Assembly (NCBI GenBank): GCA_000002435.2
Contig: AACB03000010.1
DNA from: Giardia intestinalis
Taxonomy: Eukaryota
Length of the DNA: 22,518 bases
Direction: 5' to 3' (one strand)
Made by a program: the position numbers and the translations under genes. Of this stretch, positions 8,724 to 18,670 are shown piece after piece (the first letter of the stretch is position 1; every line of letters starts with the position of its first letter). The notes under the pieces are model-generated. The model saw nothing but the letters and a program-made list of their open reading frames with translations. It ran no database searches and was not told the origin of the DNA.

Positions 8724-10080
8724 TGGTCATGCTTGGGCACCCTGCCCGCTGTCGGCTGCCCCACAGCGCGAACGGACCCCTGGGCCTGCGTGCCGAGCTG
8801 TCTCCCCTGGTACTCCTCGCTCGCACCCGAGGCCTCTTGCCCCTATCATTCGGGTGTGCATCACGTCCAGACACGGTGCGATAGATGCCTAGCCGCGATG
8901 CCATACACACTCGACCAGGCCGGGCCAGGCCGGACGCCCCCCTGGATGGCCAGACACCCGCCCTGCCTACGTTTGGGCACTTCCTCGATGGGACTCGTCA
9001 TCTGCCCACGCCGCAGCCCGGTGTTCGTCTGTCTGTCCTCCCGGGCAGCGGCGGTCCTTGGGTGCTGAGTCTGGCGAGCTGGTGCTGGGGGAAGAGGCTA
9101 GCCCCGTGTGTCATTCGTACCATCGCACCGCGCCGTGCTGATCCCCCCATGGAACTGCCCGCCAGTGGCCGCCTCCGGTCCGGGGCGGCACAGCCCTGGC
9201 TCGGGCCATCCTCTGCTGCAGCGCCCCGGTGCCCCCTGGAGAGGATGGCCGGGTGCTATGTGCTACTGAGCCCTCGGGTGCATCGCTTCCCCACTGCCCC
9301 CCCTCATGTACCCACTCTGGGCGCCCCGGTACAGGGAACCTGGTCACTCTGGCCCTGGCCTCCAGGTGCTTGCCCTCCAATGGGCCATCCCTCATGCGCC
9401 TGTGTTTGCCTGGCCCATTCTCCCCTGCTCCTCTCTACCTCTCCTGCTCGGTCTCCGCTGAGTCGCGGTGACGGCTGTTGACAGTCCCGGCCGGGCCCCC
9501 AGGTTTCGCTCCATACCTGGGCCACATGCCTCCCACCAGCGCTGGCACCACATGGGTTGCTTGTCACAGATGGGACTGGCACGCACAGAAGAATATGGCT
9601 CCACGGCGCTCTGCCGGTCTGTCCTGAGCTGGCGTCATCAGCCTGGACCCGCCCTTAGGGGGCCTCCTCCATCACCCGTGCCTCCCCACACCACCTCCTA
9701 AGCCGTCAGTCTGCTCTCTCAGGCGTGACCTTCTGTCGGCCTCCTGGGCCGTATGGGACCACCGCCCCGCTGCCCCCGCCATCTTGGCCAGACGCCTCCG
9801 GTGAGCCACCATTCTGGAATAGCACGACACGTGTGGATGGGCTAGCTATGGCGCACGGTCCGCACCCTCCCTTCTCACGGACTCCCGGGGACAGTCCGGA
9901 CGCGTCTCCCTTGTCCCCCGAATCGGTGGCCCCGGCCGATCCCCATCGTGCATCCTTATATGGGGCACTGCACACACCTGTCCACGCTGTCCCCTTGGGC
10001 CGGCCACAGCTCACCCCGTGTGTCGATGGGCCAGAATTTGGGCTCCCCAAACCCCTCCACCCCCAAGCTGTTTCCTCGCC
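8724..10080 (+). other. Unique 1357-bp non-coding region following the ORF stop (candidate 3' UTR). It ends '...ccaagctgtttcctcgcc' immediately before the first monomer.
   Basis: Conserved in all units. It has no convincing coding potential. The ORFs in it (e.g. 8885..9481) are P/G/R-rich and out of frame with the RT. Confidence 0.65.
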
Positions 10081-10848
10081 GGTTCTCTGGGCTCGCGCTT
10101 CCCTTTTTAGTGCAACAGCATTATGGTGCCTCGCGTATGTGCGCGGTGCAGTGGGCCGGTCTGTAGGCCTGCCTTTGACTGGAATCCTGGATCCCTGGGT
10201 TTCTGGCCCGACGCGTCGTCTTCTACCCCCCAAACAGGCCTGCACTCTTCTTGGTCCACGGGCTATTTGTCTCTTTGTTTCCGCGGCCCAGGGCCTGCTG
10301 GTTGCGCCGGGGCGACGCTCATGGTGGATTTTATTTTTTCCAAAATCCAGAATTTGGGCCTGAAGACCGCCCCCGCAGGGCCTGGAGGATGCGGGGAATC
10401 GGTCCACCCACACCATGCGCTCGAGCAAAGGCCAAGCACCCACGCCATCACGTCTCATCCAGGACTCCTGCGCCGCCACGGAGGAGGATCGGCACCTTCG
10501 CCATCGATCCTCCAGGATGCCCCCCTACCACTCCCCCTCACATGGCACGCCTCCCTCGGGCCTGTATGTCTGCATGCCGCTATGCCCTAACACCGCAGGC
10601 CGCCCTCTCCGCGGATCCACTAACACACAGCCTGCAGCGCCTGGCCCCCCTGGCCGTGACCCGCGCGCCCCCGCGCACAGGAGCATACCCCTGGAGCTGG
10701 GGAGAAGGCCCCCCTGGCCGCGCCCCCGCCGCGAGACCACGCGGGCACGGGGGCTGGGCGCCCCGGGCGGGCCCTTCCCCTCCGTCGTGAGGCTGCCTCC
10801 CCTCCAATGTCCTTACCGCCTTGCGCGCATATTACGTAGTAAACCGCC
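10081..10848 (+). repeat. Single (terminal-type, 768-bp) copy of the 775-bp monomer.
   Basis: Identical to the terminal monomers 4605-5372 and 17882-18649. Confidence 0.95.
10838..10843 (+). promoter_or_regulatory. AGTAAA poly(A)-signal-like hexamer, 8 nt before the A16 tract.
   Basis: Same context as 5362-5367. Confidence 0.45.
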
Positions 10849-10851
10849 CCT

Positions 10852-10867
10852 AAAAAAAAAAAAAAAA
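10852..10867 (+). other. A16 tract at the unit junction.
   Basis: 16 A's, followed by 'cc' and then ATG at 10870. Confidence 0.9.
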
Positions 10868-10869
10868 CC

Positions 10870-13800
10870 ATGCGTTCCGCCCTTTCCGCGCCTTCGGGAA
10901 CCACGGAGATCGGGGCTTCCTCAGGCCCAGAGCCTCCCAACCACGCTCCAACCGACTCCCACAGGCCCCTACCTAGGGGCACTCCCGATCCTATGACGCT
11001 GGGTGACGGCAACGATGCCTCGACGACCGCCATGGCCCGGCCTTCCTCTTGCGAGCCCCTCTGCGGCTCCCACGGGCCCCCATCCCCCCAGCCTGGGCCT
11101 GGCAACAGCCGTTCCGCCACGGACAACTCTCCCAATGAGTCTTCTCCTGTCCATGGCTTACAGGGCTCCGGGGCCTCGGTGGCCCGGGACGCCTCTCCTC
11201 CCTGCCTGTCGAACGACCTTCTGCCCTGTGGCCAGGAGCCCCTCCCGATTCCCGACGACGGCCTCCCATACGACCTGGGCCACGACAACTCCCCGTCCAT
11301 CACGGACGAGCAGGAGGCCCGGGGCGCAGACCTGCCTGCTCCTGGGGGCCGTACGACTGTCTGCGAGCGCTGCGGAGAGGTGCTGCCTGACTCTGCGGCG
11401 ATCGATGTCCACATCGGGATGCACCATCCGCCTCCCGGTTCACCTTCTCCGTCGCGCAGCCCTTCTCCGCTGTCGGGGTCTGCCCCTCCACCTGCAGCCG
11501 CCGAGCCCTCTCCCTCGCCAACGCCGGACCCTGTGTTCCCGTATGCATGCAGCATGTGCCGGGCCCGATACAAAACGGAGAGGGGGCTGAAGGCCCATAT
11601 CGCCAGGCTCGGCCACTACCTCCCGCTCGACGCCACAGTCCCCGAGCGCATCGGGGTGCCTAGTGGCAGCCCGTCCCCTGAGCTGCTTCGCCTCCTCACT
11701 GACGTATTCACAGAGATGGCGGGGCGCCTTCCTCCTGTAGAGGCCCTAGCGCGCTTCCTCTCGACGTGCCGCCGCATGGAGGGCTCTGGACGGCTCCCCC
11801 CGGCGCAGTCGCTTCTCCGGAAGGGGCTGCTCGGCCGGGCATGGCAGGCGCTGTTGAGCGAGACGTCCTCTGCCGCCAGGGTCCCCGAGCCCCAGGGCAA
11901 GGAGCGGGAAGCGATTGTCCATGAGCTCCACCCGCGCCCCATGCCTGTCTCTCTGCCCCCCGTCCATCACGTGCTCGGCCCGTCGCCCAAGATAACGGCC
12001 AAGGCGCTGCTGAAGGAGCTGCAGGCGATGAGGCCTGTCGCGGCCGGACCCTCTGGGCTGGGGAAGCCTCACCTCCTGCACCTTTGTGGGGCCGCCGGGG
12101 CTGCGGAGCTCTTCACCTCTGTCCTGACGACCCTCTTCTCCAGCAGGAACTGGGCCCAGCTCCAGCCCCTGTGCGAGTTCAGGCTGAAGCTTCTGCCCAA
12201 GTCTGGCGGCCGATGGCGCCCTATCGCAGTGCAGGAGACGCTTCTGGTCGCCTTCCACCGCTTGCTCCTGCGTCGGACTCCCGCGCTCCGCAAGCTCCCG
12301 GCGTGGCAGCTGGCCTTTGAGCACCTCGCCCAGATGAAGGCGATCCGCGCGGCCGAGGAGCTGAAGAGGACACACCACCTGCTCACGGTGGATGTGCGGA
12401 ATGCCTTCAACAGCGTCCCGCATTCCGTCATCCTCTTTGCGCTCCGCCGGGCAGGGGTGGTCCAGCCGACCGTCGCGTACATTGAGTCGTTCCTCGCGGC
12501 TCGGCACTCCTCGGACCTCCCCGCGGTCCCAGCGGGCGTGCCACAGGGGGACCCGCTGTCCATGGCGATGTTCTGCCAGAGCCTTGTCTGGCCGGTGGAG
12601 ACGTACCTCGGCCAGTACAAGGTCGTTGCATACGCCGACGACCTCGTCATTGCGTCAGAGGAGGCGATTCCCATAGATACCGTGAAGAGTGACGCGCAGT
12701 CTGCCCTCTCCCGCATAGGGCTCACGGTCGAGCTCTCGAAGTGCTCCTCGACCCAGGCCGGGGCGATCTCCTTCATGGGCACCCGCGTGCTCAAGCACTC
12801 CTCCTTCAACCTCGCGCAGACATCGGCCCGCCGGCTCCACGAGCATCTCGCCGTCCTCCGTGCTTCGGGTCTCTCACTCCACGACCGCCTCAGGCTCCTG
12901 TCTGCCTGCGTCGTCCCTGCAGTTAACTATGGACCCCTTGTTGACGACTACCCGGGCCCGTCCCCCTATGCCGACGTCGATGCGCAGATAGTGGAGGAGG
13001 TCGCGACCCTTCTGGAGATCCCCGAACCCCTTGCGAAGACCCTTGCTCTGACGCCCCGCGCGAAGTACGGCCTCGGACTGGTGCTGCCCCATCACTACTA
13101 CGACGAGATGCACAGGCAGCGCCAGGACATGAAGGCGGGCGTCTTCCGCGAGCTGAGGAAGAAGCGCCTGCAGGACACGGCCGCGCTCCGATCCTTCCTG
13201 CCGCTCGCATTGCTGGGCTGCGCACCCCTGGACAACACGCAGGTCCTGTTCATAGGGGACTGCTTGGCGGGGAGGTACCAGCGGGGCCGGCCGATGGGCA
13301 CGTGCTGCCACTGCAAGCAGCCCTTCCTTCCCAGGCACCATCTGGTGTGCAAGGCCATTAACGGGATTCACGTGGCGCGGCACGACAAGATTCTGGACGC
13401 CCTGCTCGCGTGCTCCCGCGGTCGCGCTGGGTCTGTTGTGCGCAATCCCACGATCCCAGTGGATCACCTCCAGCCTGACCTTGTCATCGGTGGGGGCTTC
13501 GGGGACTTGGTGGTCACTGTCCCGTGGAGGCTGGAGCGGTCCTATGCCCTGAAGGCCGCCAAGTATCGCCCCCTCGTGCTCCAGGGGCGGGCGGCCCACA
13601 TCCTCCCCGTCGTGGTCGGTGCTGACGGCGTCCTGCACCACCTGTCTGCGGCCGGACTCGCGTTCGCCGGCGTGGACCTTGCGCGCTTCATGCAGGAGGC
13701 GGCGCAGGTCATCCTCTGGCACTACAGGCTGTCGGCCCTCCTGTACGCTGGGCTGCGAGTGGAGAGGCCGGTGCACCGCCCCGCCCCTGCAGTATCCCTG

Positions 13801-14199
13801 CCGGAACCGGCTCCCAACGAGGCTCGGGCTACTCCTCCTACTCCCCTCACCCCTGCCATGTGGAGCCCTGGCACGTCGCCCTCCGTAGAGATCATGGCCG
13901 ATCTCAGCCAGCATCCTGATGCGGCAGTCCCTCCTCCCTGGGGTCCTGCTGAGGTCTCCTCCTCGATCACCTGGGGCACCGATCACCCCGCACAGCCGGA
14001 TGCAAACGAACGCCCAGACCCCTTCATGTGCTCAAGGGCCCCCTCCCCGCCTCCACTGGATGACGACAGCCCCGACGATGCAGGAGCACCCGAGCCGGTG
14101 CACAAGGCCCTGCCGTCCTTCTTCAAGCGCGTCGGTCCTCCCAAGCCGCATGCCCCTGATGGCTTCTACCCCTTCAAACGCATCGACACGGGGCGCTAG
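10870..14199 (+). CDS. Non-LTR retrotransposon RT/REL-endonuclease polyprotein, second full copy (1109 aa, identical translation).
   Basis: The ORF-track protein is identical to 5394..8723. All overlapping alternative-frame ORFs are also identical, implying nucleotide identity. Confidence 0.9.
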   Translation: MRSALSAPSGTTEIGASSGPEPPNHAPTDSHRPLPRGTPDPMTLGDGNDASTTAMARPSSCEPLCGSHGPPSPQPGPGNSRSATDNSPNESSPVHGLQGSGASVARDASPPCLSNDLLPCGQEPLPIPDDGLPYDLGHDNSPSITDEQEARGADLPAPGGRTTVCERCGEVLPDSAAIDVHIGMHHPPPGSPSPSRSPSPLSGSAPPPAAAEPSPSPTPDPVFPYACSMCRARYKTERGLKAHIARLGHYLPLDATVPERIGVPSGSPSPELLRLLTDVFTEMAGRLPPVEALARFLSTCRRMEGSGRLPPAQSLLRKGLLGRAWQALLSETSSAARVPEPQGKEREAIVHELHPRPMPVSLPPVHHVLGPSPKITAKALLKELQAMRPVAAGPSGLGKPHLLHLCGAAGAAELFTSVLTTLFSSRNWAQLQPLCEFRLKLLPKSGGRWRPIAVQETLLVAFHRLLLRRTPALRKLPAWQLAFEHLAQMKAIRAAEELKRTHHLLTVDVRNAFNSVPHSVILFALRRAGVVQPTVAYIESFLAARHSSDLPAVPAGVPQGDPLSMAMFCQSLVWPVETYLGQYKVVAYADDLVIASEEAIPIDTVKSDAQSALSRIGLTVELSKCSSTQAGAISFMGTRVLKHSSFNLAQTSARRLHEHLAVLRASGLSLHDRLRLLSACVVPAVNYGPLVDDYPGPSPYADVDAQIVEEVATLLEIPEPLAKTLALTPRAKYGLGLVLPHHYYDEMHRQRQDMKAGVFRELRKKRLQDTAALRSFLPLALLGCAPLDNTQVLFIGDCLAGRYQRGRPMGTCCHCKQPFLPRHHLVCKAINGIHVARHDKILDALLACSRGRAGSVVRNPTIPVDHLQPDLVIGGGFGDLVVTVPWRLERSYALKAAKYRPLVLQGRAAHILPVVVGADGVLHHLSAAGLAFAGVDLARFMQEAAQVILWHYRLSALLYAGLRVERPVHRPAPAVSLPEPAPNEARATPPTPLTPAMWSPGTSPSVEIMADLSQHPDAAVPPPWGPAEVSSSITWGTDHPAQPDANERPDPFMCSRAPSPPPLDDDSPDDAGAPEPVHKALPSFFKRVGPPKPHAPDGFYPFKRIDTGR

Positions 14200-15556
14200 T
14201 GGTCATGCTTGGGCACCCTGCCCGCTGTCGGCTGCCCCACAGCGCGAACGGACCCCTGGGCCTGCGTGCCGAGCTGTCTCCCCTGGTACTCCTCGCTCGC
14301 ACCCGAGGCCTCTTGCCCCTATCATTCGGGTGTGCATCACGTCCAGACACGGTGCGATAGATGCCTAGCCGCGATGCCATACACACTCGACCAGGCCGGG
14401 CCAGGCCGGACGCCCCCCTGGATGGCCAGACACCCGCCCTGCCTACGTTTGGGCACTTCCTCGATGGGACTCGTCATCTGCCCACGCCGCAGCCCGGTGT
14501 TCGTCTGTCTGTCCTCCCGGGCAGCGGCGGTCCTTGGGTGCTGAGTCTGGCGAGCTGGTGCTGGGGGAAGAGGCTAGCCCCGTGTGTCATTCGTACCATC
14601 GCACCGCGCCGTGCTGATCCCCCCATGGAACTGCCCGCCAGTGGCCGCCTCCGGTCCGGGGCGGCACAGCCCTGGCTCGGGCCATCCTCTGCTGCAGCGC
14701 CCCGGTGCCCCCTGGAGAGGATGGCCGGGTGCTATGTGCTACTGAGCCCTCGGGTGCATCGCTTCCCCACTGCCCCCCCTCATGTACCCACTCTGGGCGC
14801 CCCGGTACAGGGAACCTGGTCACTCTGGCCCTGGCCTCCAGGTGCTTGCCCTCCAATGGGCCATCCCTCATGCGCCTGTGTTTGCCTGGCCCATTCTCCC
14901 CTGCTCCTCTCTACCTCTCCTGCTCGGTCTCCGCTGAGTCGCGGTGACGGCTGTTGACAGTCCCGGCCGGGCCCCCAGGTTTCGCTCCATACCTGGGCCA
15001 CATGCCTCCCACCAGCGCTGGCACCACATGGGTTGCTTGTCACAGATGGGACTGGCACGCACAGAAGAATATGGCTCCACGGCGCTCTGCCGGTCTGTCC
15101 TGAGCTGGCGTCATCAGCCTGGACCCGCCCTTAGGGGGCCTCCTCCATCACCCGTGCCTCCCCACACCACCTCCTAAGCCGTCAGTCTGCTCTCTCAGGC
15201 GTGACCTTCTGTCGGCCTCCTGGGCCGTATGGGACCACCGCCCCGCTGCCCCCGCCATCTTGGCCAGACGCCTCCGGTGAGCCACCATTCTGGAATAGCA
15301 CGACACGTGTGGATGGGCTAGCTATGGCGCACGGTCCGCACCCTCCCTTCTCACGGACTCCCGGGGACAGTCCGGACGCGTCTCCCTTGTCCCCCGAATC
15401 GGTGGCCCCGGCCGATCCCCATCGTGCATCCTTATATGGGGCACTGCACACACCTGTCCACGCTGTCCCCTTGGGCCGGCCACAGCTCACCCCGTGTGTC
15501 GATGGGCCAGAATTTGGGCTCCCCAAACCCCTCCACCCCCAAGCTGTTTCCTCGCC
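14200..15556 (+). other. Unique ~1.36-kb post-ORF region (candidate 3' UTR), copy 2.
   Basis: Identical to 8724..10080. Confidence 0.65.
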
Positions 15557-18500
15557 GGTTCTCTGGGCTCGCGCTTCCCTTTTTAGTGCAACAGCATTAT
15601 GGTGCCTCGCGTATGTGCGCGGTGCAGTGGGCCGGTCTGTAGGCCTGCCTTTGACTGGAATCCTGGATCCCTGGGTTTCTGGCCCGACGCGTCGTCTTCT
15701 ACCCCCCAAACAGGCCTGCACTCTTCTTGGTCCACGGGCTATTTGTCTCTTTGTTTCCGCGGCCCAGGGCCTGCTGGTTGCGCCGGGGCGACGCTCATGG
15801 TGGATTTTATTTTTTCCAAAATCCAGAATTTGGGCCTGAAGACCGCCCCCGCAGGGCCTGGAGGATGCGGGGAATCGGTCCACCCACACCATGCGCTCGA
15901 GCAAAGGCCAAGCACCCACGCCATCACGTCTCATCCAGGACTCCTGCGCCGCCACGGAGGAGGATCGGCACCTTCGCCATCGATCCTCCAGGATGCCCCC
16001 CTACCACTCCCCCTCACATGGCACGCCTCCCTCGGGCCTGTATGTCTGCATGCCGCTATGCCCTAACACCGCAGGCCGCCCTCTCCGCGGATCCACTAAC
16101 ACACAGCCTGCAGCGCCTGGCCCCCCTGGCCGTGACCCGCGCGCCCCCGCGCACAGGAGCATACCCCTGGAGCTGGGGAGAAGGCCCCCCTGGCCGCGCC
16201 CCCGCCGCGAGACCACGCGGGCACGGGGGCTGGGCGCCCCGGGCGGGCCCTTCCCCTCCGTCGTGAGGCTGCCTCCCCTCCAATGTCCTTACCGCCTTGC
16301 GCGCATATTACGTAGTAAACCGCCTCTGTCTGGTTCTCTGGGCTCGCGCTTCCCTTTTTAGTGCAACAGCATTATGGTGCCTCGCGTATGTGCGCGGTGC
16401 AGTGGGCCGGTCTGTAGGCCTGCCTTTGACTGGAATCCTGGATCCCTGGGTTTCTGGCCCGACGCGTCGTCTTCTACCCCCCAAACAGGCCTGCACTCTT
16501 CTTGGTCCACGGGCTATTTGTCTCTTTGTTTCCGCGGCCCAGGGCCTGCTGGTTGCGCCGGGGCGACGCTCATGGTGGATTTTATTTTTTCCAAAATCCA
16601 GAATTTGGGCCTGAAGACCGCCCCCGCAGGGCCTGGAGGATGCGGGGAATCGGTCCACCCACACCATGCGCTCGAGCAAAGGCCAAGCACCCACGCCATC
16701 ACGTCTCATCCAGGACTCCTGCGCCGCCACGGAGGAGGATCGGCACCTTCGCCATCGATCCTCCAGGATGCCCCCCTACCACTCCCCCTCACATGGCACG
16801 CCTCCCTCGGGCCTGTATGTCTGCATGCCGCTATGCCCTAACACCGCAGGCCGCCCTCTCCGCGGATCCACTAACACACAGCCTGCAGCGCCTGGCCCCC
16901 CTGGCCGTGACCCGCGCGCCCCCGCGCACAGGAGCATACCCCTGGAGCTGGGGAGAAGGCCCCCCTGGCCGCGCCCCCGCCGCGAGACCACGCGGGCACG
17001 GGGGCTGGGCGCCCCGGGCGGGCCCTTCCCCTCCGTCGTGAGGCTGCCTCCCCTCCAATGTCCTTACCGCCTTGCGCGCATATTACGTAGTAAACCGCCT
17101 CTGTCTGGTTCTCTGGGCTCGCGCTTCCCTTTTTAGTGCAACAGCATTATGGTGCCTCGCGTATGTGCGCGGTGCAGTGGGCCGGTCTGTAGGCCTGCCT
17201 TTGACTGGAATCCTGGATCCCTGGGTTTCTGGCCCGACGCGTCGTCTTCTACCCCCCAAACAGGCCTGCACTCTTCTTGGTCCACGGGCTATTTGTCTCT
17301 TTGTTTCCGCGGCCCAGGGCCTGCTGGTTGCGCCGGGGCGACGCTCATGGTGGATTTTATTTTTTCCAAAATCCAGAATTTGGGCCTGAAGACCGCCCCC
17401 GCAGGGCCTGGAGGATGCGGGGAATCGGTCCACCCACACCATGCGCTCGAGCAAAGGCCAAGCACCCACGCCATCACGTCTCATCCAGGACTCCTGCGCC
17501 GCCACGGAGGAGGATCGGCACCTTCGCCATCGATCCTCCAGGATGCCCCCCTACCACTCCCCCTCACATGGCACGCCTCCCTCGGGCCTGTATGTCTGCA
17601 TGCCGCTATGCCCTAACACCGCAGGCCGCCCTCTCCGCGGATCCACTAACACACAGCCTGCAGCGCCTGGCCCCCCTGGCCGTGACCCGCGCGCCCCCGC
17701 GCACAGGAGCATACCCCTGGAGCTGGGGAGAAGGCCCCCCTGGCCGCGCCCCCGCCGCGAGACCACGCGGGCACGGGGGCTGGGCGCCCCGGGCGGGCCC
17801 TTCCCCTCCGTCGTGAGGCTGCCTCCCCTCCAATGTCCTTACCGCCTTGCGCGCATATTACGTAGTAAACCGCCTCTGTCTGGTTCTCTGGGCTCGCGCT
17901 TCCCTTTTTAGTGCAACAGCATTATGGTGCCTCGCGTATGTGCGCGGTGCAGTGGGCCGGTCTGTAGGCCTGCCTTTGACTGGAATCCTGGATCCCTGGG
18001 TTTCTGGCCCGACGCGTCGTCTTCTACCCCCCAAACAGGCCTGCACTCTTCTTGGTCCACGGGCTATTTGTCTCTTTGTTTCCGCGGCCCAGGGCCTGCT
18101 GGTTGCGCCGGGGCGACGCTCATGGTGGATTTTATTTTTTCCAAAATCCAGAATTTGGGCCTGAAGACCGCCCCCGCAGGGCCTGGAGGATGCGGGGAAT
18201 CGGTCCACCCACACCATGCGCTCGAGCAAAGGCCAAGCACCCACGCCATCACGTCTCATCCAGGACTCCTGCGCCGCCACGGAGGAGGATCGGCACCTTC
18301 GCCATCGATCCTCCAGGATGCCCCCCTACCACTCCCCCTCACATGGCACGCCTCCCTCGGGCCTGTATGTCTGCATGCCGCTATGCCCTAACACCGCAGG
18401 CCGCCCTCTCCGCGGATCCACTAACACACAGCCTGCAGCGCCTGGCCCCCCTGGCCGTGACCCGCGCGCCCCCGCGCACAGGAGCATACCCCTGGAGCTG

Positions 18501-18649
18501 GGGAGAAGGCCCCCCTGGCCGCGCCCCCGCCGCGAGACCACGCGGGCACGGGGGCTGGGCGCCCCGGGCGGGCCCTTCCCCTCCGTCGTGAGGCTGCCTC
18601 CCCTCCAATGTCCTTACCGCCTTGCGCGCATATTACGTAGTAAACCGCC
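15557..18649 (+). repeat. Tandem array of four 775-bp monomers: 15557-16331, 16332-17106, 17107-17881 and 17882-18649 (terminal, 768 bp).
   Basis: Exact periodicity. ORF-track repeats are seen at 16297/17072/17847. Confidence 0.95.
18639..18644 (+). promoter_or_regulatory. AGTAAA poly(A)-signal-like hexamer, 8 nt before the A16 tract.
   Basis: Same context as the other junctions. Confidence 0.45.
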
Positions 18650-18652
18650 CCT

Positions 18653-18668
18653 AAAAAAAAAAAAAAAA
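18653..18668 (+). other. A16 tract at the unit junction.
   Basis: 16 A's, followed by 'cc' and then ATG at 18671. Confidence 0.9.
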
Positions 18669-18670
18669 CC

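Larger units (their letters stand above)
5394..10867 (+). mobile_element. Composite retroelement unit 1 (ORF + 1357-bp region + 1 monomer + A16). Its length gives the 5476-bp period.
   Basis: The distance from ATG 5394 to ATG 10870 is 5476. Confidence 0.8.
10870..18668 (+). mobile_element. Composite retroelement unit 2 (ORF + 1357-bp region + 4 monomers + A16). Its length gives the 7801-bp period.
   Basis: The distance from ATG 10870 to ATG 18671 is 7801, which equals 5476 + 3x775. Confidence 0.8.

Noticed and set aside
8885-9481. 198-aa + strand ORF in the post-ORF unique region, considered as a possible second element ORF.
   Set aside because: It has no recognisable motifs and is proline/arginine-rich. 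It is out of frame and overlapped by other equally long frames. REL-endo non-LTR elements are single-ORF. Retained only as a low-probability possibility.
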